Shown one piece after another: positions 1-10,886 of a stretch of DNA of 64,000 bases (positions are counted from its first letter, which is position 1; each line of letters begins with the position of its first letter). Source of the stretch: an uncultured Chloroflexia bacterium (lineage in GTDB: Bacteria; Chloroflexota; Limnocylindria; QHBO01); contig CAWHAZ010000002.1 in NCBI GenBank assembly GCA_963827475.1, positions 32,001 through 96,000 of the forward strand, in the 5' to 3' direction. The translations under genes were made by a program, and so were the position numbers. The notes below the pieces were generated by a model that was not told where the DNA came from, did not search any database, and saw only the letters and a list, made by a program, of their open reading frames with translations.

Positions 1-1462
1 GTCGCGAGTTCACCGAAGCCGGCGCTGACCCGGACCCTCGATCACTGGCTGGACGAGGGACCGACGTCGGCGCCCGACCTCACCGTCGAGGCCGCGCTGC
101 GGACCGTGGCCACCACCCGCCAGCGCCAGCTCCGGGGGCGACTGCTGCGGATGGCCGACTTCCACGGCCCCGTGGTGCCGGTGAGCCTGACCCTGGCCGG
201 CATCACCGCCGTCGTGCTGGTGGCGATTGGACTCGGGCTGAACAATGAGCCGGTCCCCGGAGTCGAAGACTCTCCCCCACCGGGTGTCGCGACCGAAGAG
301 CCGGTTCCGACCGACATCCCGTACGGCTACGTCATGTTCCGGAATGAGGCCGACGGCTACGAGATCGCCCTCCCGCGGGCATGGGAGGTCAGGTCGAGCC
401 CGCATACGGCGAGCCACACCCTGGGCGTAACACGCTTCGGCAGCGGCGACGAGGAATCGCCCGCCTTTGGTGGTGAGCGTCGGTACCACGAGCGGGACCG
501 TCTTCCTCTGCCAGCACCTCGCATGCTCATCCGGAGGTCGCTCGATCGCTGGACGAAATCGAGAACGAGATCCAATCAGAGTGGCCGCTCCCGCGCGAGC
601 TCGGGGGGATGTCCATCGACGAACGGATCGTCAGCACCACGCTCGGCGGGGAGCCGGCGCGGTTCCGGTATCCGACAAGCACAACGCGGCCGCACGATCA
701 TGGGCTTCACCACCACCTGTACCGCCTATGCCCTTCACGCGGGGCGTCCGGTGATCCTGTCATTCCCGTGTGGCCGCTACTTCACCCGCAACCAGGATGG
801 GGCCGAACCGGCAACCCTCGAGCAGCTGAACGCCATCATCGCCAGCTTCCGCTTCCTCGACGATCCGGCACCGAGTGGCCCCGCAGAAGCATCCAACCCG
901 CCATACGTTCAGTCAGGGCTTGAGCTGTTCCGCAACGAGGGGGACGCGTACGAGGTCCTTGTCCCTGAGGCCTGGGATCTGGCCGTCGAGCCGGTCTATG
1001 GCGAACCACGCGGCGTGAGCCGATTCGTGGGATACGTAAGCGGATTCGAGGGGCAGTCTTCGAGCCTTCCGTCGCCGTTGGTCATCAGTGTCGGCTCGCC
1101 GGACGGGAGTCTCTACCTATGTCAGTCGCGGGCTTGCCGCCAGGTGGTCGTCCGGAACCCGGCCGACCTCGAGTCGAAGATCGAGGAGCACCTGGCCCCT
1201 CGATGGGGCGGCGTTCGACGAGCAGATCTCGGAGACGACCTACAGCACCCTCCTGGGCGGGGAAACGGCTCGCGTCCGGTATCCGACCATCAGCCTCACG
1301 GGAACGGTCGGTTTGTCCACGTCGCTCCCCTGCTCGGCCTCTGCCTTCCACGACAGCCGACCGATAGTCCTGACATTTGAATGCGCTCAGTTCCGACAGG
1401 GGAAGCCAGCCCTCATCTGGACGATGAAGGACATGGTCGAAAGCTTCCGCTTCCTCGATTGA
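1..1462 (+). CDS. Putative anti-sigma factor-like single-pass membrane protein with two PsbP/Mog1p-like extracellular domains (5'-truncated by the window, frameshifted)
   Basis: Frame 1 from base 1 reads LDHWLDEGPTSAPDLTVEAALRTVATTRQR, matching the N-terminus of 4610-6248. A TM segment follows, then two repeats FRNE(A/G)DxYExxxPxxW...GVxRF...VSVGxxxGxxxLCQ...C...HxxRP...SFRFLD, pieced together from ORFs 106..1380, 467..754, 609..923 and 1088..1462. Confidence 0.7.
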
Positions 1463-1501
1463 GCCGCCAGGCGACATCAGGCAGGGGGCTTCCGATGCAT
1501 C

Positions 1502-1567
1502 TCGATTTCGATACGAATCAGGATCCGCTGCGTCAATAGAGTGAGCGGGACTGGTTAAGAGGCCCGC
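1502..1567 (+). promoter_or_regulatory. Putative ECF-type promoter (GATAC-N15-GCGTC) plus leader hairpin
   Basis: GATAC 1510-1514, GCGTC 1530-1534, hairpin GCGGGACT-7nt-AGGCCCGC 1545-1567; aligns with the elements at 3981-4049 and 6269-6303. Confidence 0.55.
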
Positions 1568-1582
1568 AGCGAGGCGAAACGC

Positions 1583-2132
1583 GTGGAGCGTGACCTGGTG
1601 ATACGAGCGCAACAGGGCGATGAAGATGCCTTCTCGACCCTCGCGCTGTCGCTGGGCGACCGGTGGCTCAACCTCGCGCAGCGCATCCTCCGGGACGACG
1701 ACCTCGCCGAGGACGCCACCCAGCAGGCCATCGTCGCGATCTGGCGACAGCTCCCGCGGCTCCGTGAGCCGGACCGGTTCGAGGGTTGGGCCTACCGGCT
1801 CCTGGTCAACGCCTGTCGGACGGAGATGCGTCGCGAACGGCGTGCCATGCCGAACCTCGAGCTCGTGATAGCCGATGGATTGGTCCATGACGGCATCGCC
1901 GGACTGGCCGACCGCGACCAGCTGGAGCAGGCCTTTCTTCGGCTCCGGATCGAGCATCGAACCGATCCTTGTGCTCCAGCACTACCTCGGGCTGACCCTG
2001 GACCAATGTGCCGAGCGGCTCGACATCCCGGTCGGCACCGCTCGGTCGCGCAGCCACTACGCCAAGCGCCAGCTACGGGCGGCCCTGGAGGCCGATGAGC
2101 GGGCGGTCGCGAAGGAGGCGACCTCGGCATGA
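1583..2132 (+). CDS. ECF (sigma-70 group 4) RNA polymerase sigma factor; one frameshift near 1960
   Basis: Region 2 (LVIRAQQGDEDAF...AEDATQQAIVAIW...FEGWAYRLLVNAC) in ORF 1583..2098. Region 4 (ILVLQHYLGLTLDQCAERLDIPVGTARSRSHYAKRQLR) in ORF 1875..2132. ATGA overlap with the next gene. Confidence 0.92.
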
Positions 2133-3952
2133 CCGAACTGACCGATCAGCCCTTCGACCTCGACGGCCGCCTGGACTCATCTGTTCCGGGACGCGCCGCG
2201 ACTTTCGCCGACCGCGTGGTTGTCGCCGCCCTGACCGATATCTCGGCGACCCCCCAGGCACGCAATCTGTTCGCGATCGATGGGACCGCCCTCCGGGTGA
2301 GCCTTCTCGCGGCCTCCCTGGCAGCGCTGGCGATCGGGCTGGGACTCGGGCTCGGGCCGCAGCTGATCGGTACCGACGCATCTCCGTCCCCGGAGGCATC
2401 GGAGGCGTCAGCGGTCCCGTCGGACCTGCCCGACGGCTACGTGCGGTACCGCAATGAGGCTGACGGCTACGAGATCGCGGTACCGGGCTCCTTCCAGGTG
2501 TTGGTCGAGTCTGGAGACGGCGAGCTCCGCGAAGGCGTCACGCGGTTTGGTTCCGACGTCAAGGGAGACTTCCCGCTCCGGACTGAACGTCAGCGTCGGT
2601 ACGCCGGACGGAACCGTGTACCTCTGCCAGAGCACCGCATGCTAGCCCGGTCGTCGTCACGAGCACGGAGGAACTCGAAGCCGCCATCCAGGCTCGATGG
2701 CCCACCCTCGAGGCCCGCCGTGAACGGATTGTCGCGACGACGCTGGGCGGCGAGGCTGCGCGCCTGCGGCATCCGACAGCCAAGTCCCCGGGGTCCTCTG
2801 GATAGGCGCCAACCAGGCCTGTTCCGCATATGCCATGCACGGCGCGCGGCCAGTCGTGCTCACGGTTCCCTGCGACGAGCTTCCGCGGCGGAAGCCGACG
2901 AACCTCTCGACCCTCGAGCGGATCGTCGACAGCTTCCGCTTCCTCTCTCCGACCGCCGACGCTGCAGCGGATGACTGGCAGACAATCGAGACTCCCGAAG
3001 CCGGTCTGTCCCTCCAGGCGCCTGTGGACTGGGAGCTTGGGCCGACGGACGAGCGGAGCCGCGAAGTTCGTTTGATCGGACCCAACGTAGCGCTGGCGAT
3101 ACGACTCTCCGATCCAAACGGTCCGATGTGGTCGTGCGTTAGTTCCAGATGCCCTGCGAGGATGTCGACGCGGCCTCGATCGATGACCTGGTTGCAATCG
3201 CAAAGGCGGATTACCGGCGATCCATCGGTTCAGGTGGGGCCGCGCTCGACGTCCGTCGCGAGGTGATGGACCTCGGCGACAGAGAGGCAACGTACCTCCG
3301 TATCGGGCTGAGGCAGCCGCCGGCCCTGTATCCGCTTGAACGCCCCTATCTTGTCGCGCTCCGAGACGGATCATCCTTGCTGGTCTCCTGGTCCGGCTCG
3401 TCCGTCGGCCTCTTCGGCGAGATCATCCCCGATCAGTGCAATACGTAGACCCAGCTCCTCGGGGATGGCAAAGACACGGCTTCCCAGAAGCCGGCTTCGC
3501 GGTAAGCGTCCAGAGCGGGTGGGCGGTCACGGAAATCGCGGGCCTGGACATGCGCTCGATGTCTGGGCCCGGTGCGATCCTGCGCATCAGATCGGGAAAC
3601 GAGCAGAATCGGATCAAGGGAATCCTCCGCGTGGAGGAGGCTCCGTTGTTGCCAGGCTCGACGGAAGACCTTGTCGACCTCATTGCCCGCGAATACCAAG
3701 ATCTGCGAGGCCTACCGGCCTTATCCGACGTCTCGACCGAGACCACCGATCTCGCCGGGCTCGCCGGCAGTCTGGGTTTCGCTCACCACTCCGTCCGGCG
3801 CGACCGGAACCTACAGCGACCTCTTCCCGGCCTACGAATACGCTGTCGTCGCTCTCCATGGCGATCGGCCCTTCGTTATCTCCTTCACGGGCAGCGCGGG
3901 CTACGAACAAACGTTCCGTGACATCCTCGCCACCTTCGAATTCCTCGACTAG
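2129..3952 (+). CDS. Putative anti-sigma factor-like membrane protein with three PsbP-like extracellular domains (frameshifted)
   Basis: N-terminal DRVVVAALTDISATPQ, TM helix and SPSP linker, then three repeats: YRNEADGYEIAVP...IVDSFRFL, WQTIETPEAGLSLQAPVDW... and WQRHGFPEAGFAVSVQSGW...ILATFEFLD*. Translationally coupled to the sigma gene. Confidence 0.7.
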
Positions 3953-3980
3953 CCACCGGAAGCTCCGGGCGCAGGGCGCC

Positions 3981-4049
3981 TTCGATAATCGAACCGATCC
4001 ACGGGTCCGCGCATCTAACGCGCTGAGCGGGCCTGCCCAAGAGGCCCGC
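3981..4049 (+). promoter_or_regulatory. Putative ECF-type promoter (GAACC-N15-GCATC) plus leader hairpin
   Basis: TTCGAtaaTCGAACCGA-N10-CGCGCATC; perfect hairpin GCGGGCCT/AGGCCCGC at 4027-4049. GAAC at -35 is typical of ECF promoters. Confidence 0.65.
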
Positions 4050-4063
4050 ACTGAGGTACCCAC

Positions 4064-4613
4064 GTGGAGCGCAGCCTGGTGGAGCGGGCCCAACGAGGAG
4101 ACAGAGAGGGCGTTTTCCGAGATCGCCTTCGCGATCAGCCCTCGCTTGTTCCCGATCGCCCAGCGGATCCTGCGCGACTACCACCGAGCGGAGGACGCCA
4201 CCCAGCAGGCGCTGGTCCTGATCTGGCGTAAGCTGCCGAAGCTGTCGGACCCGGACAAGTTCGAGGGCTGGGCGTATCGGATCCTGGTCAACGCCTGCTA
4301 CGCCGAGGTCCGCCGCGGAAAGCGCAATCCCGACGGGCTCCACCTGCTGGAGACCGATGCGGGCCTCGATCGACTCCCAGCTCAGCGTCGCCGACCGCGA
4401 CATGCTGGAGCGGGCATTCGAGCGACTACCCGCTGAGCAGCGTGCCGTCCTCGTCCTCCAGTACTACCTCAGACCTCGGACAACCCCAGATCGCCGAGGT
4501 GCTTGGCGTGCCCCTCGGGACCGTCAAATCGCGCGCCGCAAGCGGGCGCAGCGCCCTGAGGGCTGTCCTCGAAGCAGACGCGCGGCCGGCGGTCGGAGGG
4601 CGGACCGGCATGA
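4064..4613 (+). CDS. ECF sigma factor, paralog of 1583..2132; several frameshifts
   Basis: GTG ERSLVERAQRGD..AFSEIA...AEDATQQALVLIWRKLPKLSDPDKFEGWAYRILVNAC, then DRDMLERAFERLPAEQRAVLVLQYYL and QIAEVLGVPLGTVKSR in successive frames; ATGA overlap at 4610-4613. Confidence 0.9.
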
Positions 4614-6248
4614 GCGGCACCGAGCGACCGATGAACGACGAGCAGCTCGACGCAATGCTGGGTGAGTGGCTGAGCGACGGGGTGACGTCGGCGCCGGATC
4701 GCATCGCCGAGCGGGCCATGCTCGAAGTCGCGACCACCCCGCAGGAGGGCACCCGGATGGCCGCCATGTGGTCCTCCGCGAGCCAGGCCCCGCTGGCATG
4801 GGCGGCCGTCCTACTGGCCCTCGCCATCGGTCTTGGTGTCGTCATTGGACCGCGTCTCGTCACCGACGAACCGTCACCGAGCCCAGCCCGTCGGCGAGTC
4901 CCTCCGCCGAACCGAGCCCGGACGGGTCAACAGTCCATCGGTCTGAAACACCGGTCGGCACGATCGAATGGCAGCGGACCGAATCCGAGCGGCGGATCTT
5001 CCCCGAGATGGAATACCTCGGCCAGGTCCTCGGGTCTGAGCTCGATGCGAACTTCGAGCGCGTCGGCTACTGGGCCACCTCCGATGGCATCGCCTGGGAG
5101 CCGACCGATGGACCGGAGTTCGGCACGGGGGCAGACTACCTCGCCGGCGGTGTCGTGGCCGTCGTCTCCCAGATAGCTACGGCGTATCGATGGGGCCGAT
5201 TTCGCATCGGCAGGTGATCTACCTCGACTGGTTCGACGAGGCCGGCGACGCGGCCATTTATCGGCAGGACGGCCCGGAGTGGGTGCCACTTCCGCTACCG
5301 AACACCACGCCAACGCCGGTCGATGGGCTCCGGACGTACAGCGCGATGTTCAGTGGGGCCGTCGAGCTCGACGAGTCGAACTGGGTGGCCCGGTCCTTCA
5401 TTTCACTGAACTCCCGTGGGATGAGATCTATGGCCGGGATTCGGACGTCTGGCCGATGTGGAATTCGCGCACTCAGCAGCTGGACCTTCATCGAGGCGGC
5501 AGCGCACCCGGTGGCGCCACCTTTGCGGAACTGACCGTTGGACTGGCGGGCGATCCGCAGGTCATCGAATTCCGCGATGCGACCACAGGTGAACTGGTGC
5601 ACGAGGTCCCGGCCACACGGCCCGGATGGACACCGACCGGCTTGCTCGAGGCCCTCAGAGGCTGGGGGCTGGTGGATGTCTCGTTCATCGTGAGTGTCGA
5701 TGGCGAGATCACGTCCGTTCGCGCCCCGTGGGCGCAAGGCGAGGAGTGGCACGCCAGCAACCGTATGGTCAGCGCCTTGGGCCGGTACTACACCGTGACG
5801 ATGCCCATCGCGCAGGACTACTCGGCCACTGACATCCATCTCTGGGAGTCTGTGGACGGGGTGAGCTGGACCAGCGTCGATCTCCCCCAGCTGTGGGAGG
5901 GCACCTTGGGGACGGCCGCGGTGGCGGGGTCGAGCCGATTCACTGATGTTGACCGTGGACGGAAGCGAGGCTTCGGCATTGTGGGCGTCCGCCGATGGCC
6001 GGAACTGGACGCAGGCGGACGTCGACCCGAGCCTGGTCGGCCAGCCCCAGGGCACCGATTTCGGCTGGCTGATGAATGCTTTCGATGCCGCTGCGATCTC
6101 GGCTGACGGTCGCACGTGGGAGGCTATCGATCTGCCGAACCTGCCTGCTGAGCCATCGGTGAGCTACTTCGACAGGATCTTCTTTTATGGACCCGAGCTC
6201 ATCGGCCCGACGATTTCCGCCACTTGGATTGGTGAGCTCCAGGACTGA
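4610..6248 (+). CDS. Putative anti-sigma factor-like membrane protein with Asp-box (BNR) beta-propeller ectodomain (frameshifted)
   Basis: LDAMLGEWLSDGVTSAPDRIAERAMLEVATTPQ, TM helix and PSPS linker, then four SxDGxxW-type motifs (TSDGIAW, SVDGVSW, SADGRNW, SADGRTW) across ORFs 4666, 5190, 5279 and 5946. Confidence 0.7.
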
Positions 6249-6268
6249 TTGAGCGGGCCGGCCAGGAA

Positions 6269-6303
6269 TTCGAATTTCGAACCGAAAGGTCTTCGCGCGC
6301 ATC
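6269..6303 (+). promoter_or_regulatory. Putative ECF-type promoter with the same core as the one at 3981
   Basis: TTCGAattTCGAACCGA-N10-CGCGCATC; ATG at 6313 follows after a 9-nt gap. Confidence 0.65.
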
Positions 6304-6312
6304 GTACGTTGC

Positions 6313-7073
6313 ATGAGCAGCAACCAGCGTGGTCCACTCGCGTTCTAATCTCGGTAGTGGTCGCCATGGGGATTCTTGCCTTGGTGCTGATCGCTCCGCA
6401 GGTCACCACGCCGTAGTCGGACGCGGTGGGTGGCGCTCCTCAGCCCAGCCTGTTAGCCGAACGATCCTTCGCCGAGCACAGGTTCCACCGAGCCGGATCC
6501 GTCCGAAGTGCATTGACGCAACGTGGGCCATCGGAATCCGGATAAGGCCCCGAACCCACGATGACCTACCCATGGGTAAGCGGCAAGCGCAGTTTTCCGG
6601 CGGAAGAGTTTGAAATCAGCATCCCGGAGCACTGGTCGATCTACGAGGACGGGACAGTCGATCCGCATAAGGGGTCACGGCACCAGCCTGACGATCCGGG
6701 TCGGCCGAGCCGGACGGGCAGCTGCTCACGTGCCAGGAGCCTGCGCGACCGTGGGAACGATGTCGTAACGCACGGATCACGAACCTCGACGACTTCCGCG
6801 AGGCCGTAGCCGTCGGTCCTACCCGAGGGCTGCGATTGGTGCGTGCCCGGGAGGTTGGCCAGGGAGGCCGCTCGAACCTCGCCGGTGAAGACGCCGTGGA
6901 CATTAGGTTCTAGGGCTACGAGTACCCGGCTCACGGCGCAGAGAGCGCGCTCTACGTGCTGACGATCCACGAGGGTCGCCCGTACTTCATCCGGTTCCAC
7001 ACCTCGGCCGAAAGCGCCGTCGCCACCACCGCTCTGGGACGAGATGCTCGAGACGTTCGCGTTCCTGCCGTAG
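6313..7073 (+). CDS. Membrane-anchored or secreted protein with one PsbP-like domain (heavily frameshifted)
   Basis: ATG 6313, hydrophobic LISVVVAMGILALVLIAP, FPAEEFEISIPEHW, YVLTIHEGRPYFIRF and WDEMLETFAFLP* (TAG 7071-7073): the same motifs as the upstream repeats. Confidence 0.6.
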
Positions 7074-7107
7074 GTTTACGTCATTGGATGATTCAAATCA
7101 CGAGTTC

Positions 7108-9034
7108 CTAGGCCGGGACGGCGTCGTCCTCGAACAGGCGGTCGATCTGGGCCGGCCAGTTCTCCTGGACGACCCGCAGCTTGGTCTTCAGGGTCGGGGT
7201 CAGCTCCCCGTTCTCCTCGGATAGGGCGCGGGGCAGCAGCGCGATGCGCCGCGGCCGCTCGAAGACGGCAAAGTCCTCCAGCAGGTCCCGCACGTCACCT
7301 TCGATGAGCTGGCGGACGGCCTTCTCCTCGACCAGCTTCTCCGGCGCCATCCCGCCGAGCCCATTGGCCTCGGCCCATGGCTTGAGCTCGTCAAAGTTCG
7401 GCGCGATCAACGCCCCGGTGTACGGGTGCCGGTCGCCGAGGATCACCGCCTGGGCGATGTACTTCGACGCGGACAGCGCCGCCTCCATCGGTCCGGGGGA
7501 CACGTTCTTGCCGTTGGCCAGCACGATGATGTTCTTCAGCCGGTCGGTGATCTTGATCCGGCCGATGGGATCCAGCTCCCCGATGTCCCCGGTGTGGAAC
7601 CAGCCGTCCGGGTCGATGGCCTTGGCCGTCTCCTCCGGCTGGTTCAGGTAGCCGAGCATGATCTGCGGCCCGCGGACCTGGATCTCCCCGGTCTCGGGGT
7701 CGATCCGGACCTCGGTCGCCGGCGCGGGCCGTCCAACCGTCCCGAACACGAAGTCATTCGGGCGGTTGATGCGACACCAGCGGGCTCGTCTCGCTCAGCC
7801 CGTACCCCTCCAGGATGAGGATGCCCAGCGCGTAGAAGAACTCCCCCACCTCGCGCGACAACGGGGCAGAGCCGGAGACGAAGTACCGCACCCGCCCGCC
7901 GGTCCGGGCCTTCACCCGGTGATACACGAGCCGGTCGGCGATGGCGTGCTGGATCTTCAGGCCGATGCCGTCGCCTTTCCCCGCCACGTGGTTCTCGTAC
8001 CGCTTCCGCCCGACCCCGATCCCCCAGTGGAAGATCCGGCGTCGCATCGGCGGCGACGCCTCCACCGACGCCAGCACCCGGCCGTACACCCGCTCGTAGA
8101 AGCGGGGCACGGCGGCCATCACCGTGGGCTTGACCTCGACCATGTTGTCCGCCAGCCGCTCGATGAGTGGCTCGGCGTAGACGACCGTCGACCCGTGGGC
8201 CAGCGGGATGATCTCGCCGGTCAGCCGCTCGAAGATGTGGGACAGCGGCAGCCAGGACAGGAAGACATCGGTCTCGTAGAAGTCGATGATCTGGACCGCG
8301 GCCTCGTAGTTGTAGAGCAGGTTGCCGTGCCGGATCGACGCGCCCTTCGGGTTGGCGGTGGTCCCCGAGGTGTGGATCACCGTCGCGAGGTGCTCGCGTT
8401 CGATCGATCGCCAGTGCTTCTCCCAGGCCTGACGCCGCGCGTCGTCCCCACCCCGGCTCGCCAGCTCCTCCAGGGTCAGGGTGCCGGCCGGGAACTTGCC
8501 ACCGGTGTCGAAGGTGATGACGTGGCGCAGGGTGGGCACCTGGCCACGGATCGACTCGATCTTGGCGGCCAGCTGCGCGTTCTCCACGAACACGGCCACC
8601 GCGCCGACGTTGTTCAGGATGAACGCGGCCTGCCCGGCCTCGGTCTGGGGATAGATCGGGCATGACACCGCCCCCAGGGCCCAGCTGGCGATGTCCGCCA
8701 CCAGCCACTCGGGACGGGTACGGGACATGATGCAAACCGAGTCGCCGTCCTTGACGTCGAGGCCCTGGAGTCCGAGCGAGGTCCGAGTCACCCAGTCCCA
8801 GAACTCGGCGTAGGTCTTGCTCACCCAGCCGCCGTCCTTGGGCAGCTTCCAGCGCAGGGCTTCCTTGTCCGGGATGCGGTCCACCGACCGATGGATCAGC
8901 TCCACCACGTTCCGCGCCTTCTCGGCCTCCGGCATGAGAAGCGGCTCGACCTCGTTCCACATCCGGCGCCCGCCGGGCGAGGTTGAAATCCCGTCGGTGG
9001 CGGCCGCGGGTGGGGCAGGTGCCGCGGTGGTCAT
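7108..9034 (-). CDS. Long-chain fatty acid--CoA ligase (AMP-forming); frameshift near 7760
   Basis: HTSGTTANPKG, YGLSET, GWFHTGDIG, DRLKNIIVLANGKNV and ELTPTLK motifs in ORFs 7754..9034 and 7108..7749. Confidence 0.92.
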
Positions 9035-9082
9035 CGGTATCTCCTCTCCTCCGGCGTCAGTTCCGGCCTCAGCCGGTCAGGC

Positions 9083-9955
9083 TCAGGCGATCTTATTCCC
9101 CTGCTCGTCGTACCGATAGAACCCGCGACCCGTTTTCCGCCCCAGGTGGCCGGCGGCCACCATCTGCCGCAGCAGGGGCGCGGCGCGGAACTTCGGGTCG
9201 CCGAATCCCCGGTGGAGCACGTCCATGACGTTGAGCATGACGTCGATCCCGACGAAGTCGGCCAGCTCCAGCGGGCCCATGGGGTGGTTCAGGCCCAGCC
9301 GGGCGCCGGCGTCGATATCCTCGGCCGTGCCGGTACCCTCGGCCAGGGCGAACACCGCCTCGTTGATGAACGGGCCGAGCATCCGGTTGACCAGGAAACC
9401 GGGGTAGTCCTTCGAGGAGATCACCGTCTTGCCCAGGTCCGCGGCGAGCTCGCGGCACGCCTGCTCGGTGGCGTCCGACGTCTCGAGGCCGCGGATGATC
9501 TCGACCAGCTTCATGACCGGCACCGGGCTGAAGAAATGCAGACCGATAAACCGATCCGGGCGGTCGGTGGCGGTGGCCAGGGCGGTGATGCTGATCGAGG
9601 ACGTGTTGGTGGCGAAGAGGGCTGTCGCGTCCGCGGCGTCGGTCACGGCCGCCCAGGTCTCGCGCTTGAGCGCCTCGTCCTCGAAGACGGCCTCGATCAC
9701 GATGTCGTGGCCGGCGACCGCCTCGACTCCGACCGCGGTCGCAACCCGGTCCATGATCGCGTCCGCGTCGCCCGACTCGATCCGTCCTTTGACGACCTGT
9801 TTGGCGAGGTTGCCCGCGATCCGCTTGCGGCCCTTCTTGGCGAGGTCCTCGGTCCGGTCGGCGAGGGTCACCTGCCTGCCGGCCGCGGCGCTGACCTGGG
9901 CGATGCCGTGGCCCATCAGGCCGGCCCCGAGGACGTAGACCCGGTCCAGGCTCAT
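9083..9955 (-). CDS. hbd: 3-hydroxybutyryl-CoA / 3-hydroxyacyl-CoA dehydrogenase
   Basis: GAGLMGHGIAQ, ATNTSS, GLHFFSPVPVMKLVE, PGFLVNR, HPMGPLELAD, LGRKTGRGFY. Confidence 0.93.
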   Translation of the reverse strand: MSLDRVYVLGAGLMGHGIAQVSAAAGRQVTLADRTEDLAKKGRKRIAGNLAKQVVKGRIESGDADAIMDRVATAVGVEAVAGHDIVIEAVFEDEALKRETWAAVTDAADATALFATNTSSISITALATATDRPDRFIGLHFFSPVPVMKLVEIIRGLETSDATEQACRELAADLGKTVISSKDYPGFLVNRMLGPFINEAVFALAEGTGTAEDIDAGARLGLNHPMGPLELADFVGIDVMLNVMDVLHRGFGDPKFRAAPLLRQMVAAGHLGRKTGRGFYRYDEQGNKIA

Positions 9956-9965
9956 CGGGCGTGGC

Positions 9966-10886
9966 TCATCGATCGAAGCCTAGCAGTCGGTCCGCGGCGC
10001 TGAACGGATCCTCTCGGTGCTCCGCGACGGCCGTCACGGCGTCCTCCCAGGCATCCGATGCGGCCGCCTGAGCCTGGGCGCGGGTGGCCAGGGCGCGGCG
10101 CAGGAGGGCCTTGGCGCGGTCGCGGGTTTGGGCCGGGGTCCGGGCGGCACGATGCGCGTCGATCGCGTCCCGCAGCGCCTCCACCCCTTCCCCGCTGGTC
10201 GCGGTCGTCATGAGCACCGGGGGCGCGGGTCGGGTCACCCGGCCGCCGGCGGTGGACAACATCGCCTTCAGCTGGCGGGCGGCGCGGTCGGCGCCGGGGC
10301 GGTCGCCCTTGTTCACGGCGATGATGTCCGCGATCTCCAGCAGCCCGGCCTTGATGGCCTGCACCTCATCCCCCATCTCCGGCACCTCGACCACGACCGT
10401 CGTCTCGGCCAGGGATGCGATCTCCACCTCCGACTGCCCCGCGCCGACGGTCTCGATCACGACCGGGTCGTAGCCGGCCGCGTCGAGGCCCGCGGCCGTC
10501 ATCCAGGTGGTGGCGGCCAGGCCGCCGAGCGCGCCCCGCGACGCCATGGAACGGACGAACACGCCCTCGTCCCCGGCGTGGTCCATCATCCGGATCCGGT
10601 CACCCATGATCGCGCCCCGGGTGAGCGGGGAGCTGGGGTCGACGGCGATGACCCCGACCCGCCGGCCCTGTCCCCGCCAGGACGTGATCAGGGCGCTGAC
10701 CAGGGTGGATTTGCCGCTCCCCGGCGGACCGGTGATCCCCACCAGGTGCGCGTCGCGACCGGCGGCGAACAGGGCGCCGCGATCTGCCACGTCCACCGCT
10801 TCGTCCTCGAGGTCGGTGAGCAGCCTCGCCAGCGCCCGCCGGTCGCCGGCCTGCGCGTCTCGCAGCCGCTCCGCCAGGTCAGGCAC
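9966..10886 (-). CDS. meaB: Acyl-CoA mutase-associated GTPase MeaB
   Basis: [50 protein letters not shown]. Confidence 0.95.
   Translation of the reverse strand: MPDLAERLRDAQAGDRRALARLLTDLEDEAVDVADRGALFAAGRDAHLVGITGPPGSGKSTLVSALITSWRGQGRRVGVIAVDPSSPLTRGAIMGDRIRMMDHAGDEGVFVRSMASRGALGGLAATTWMTAAGLDAAGYDPVVIETVGAGQSEVEIASLAETTVVVEVPEMGDEVQAIKAGLLEIADIIAVNKGDRPGADRAARQLKAMLSTAGGRVTRPAPPVLMTTATSGEGVEALRDAIDAHRAARTPAQTRDRAKALLRRALATRAQAQAAASDAWEDAVTAVAEHREDPFSAADRLLGFDR

Noticed and set aside
1-7073. Diversity-generating retroelement or phase-variation cassette system behind the repeated domains
   Set aside because: No reverse transcriptase, recombinase or near-identical template/variable repeat pair differing at adenines; the repeats are diverged paralogous domains.
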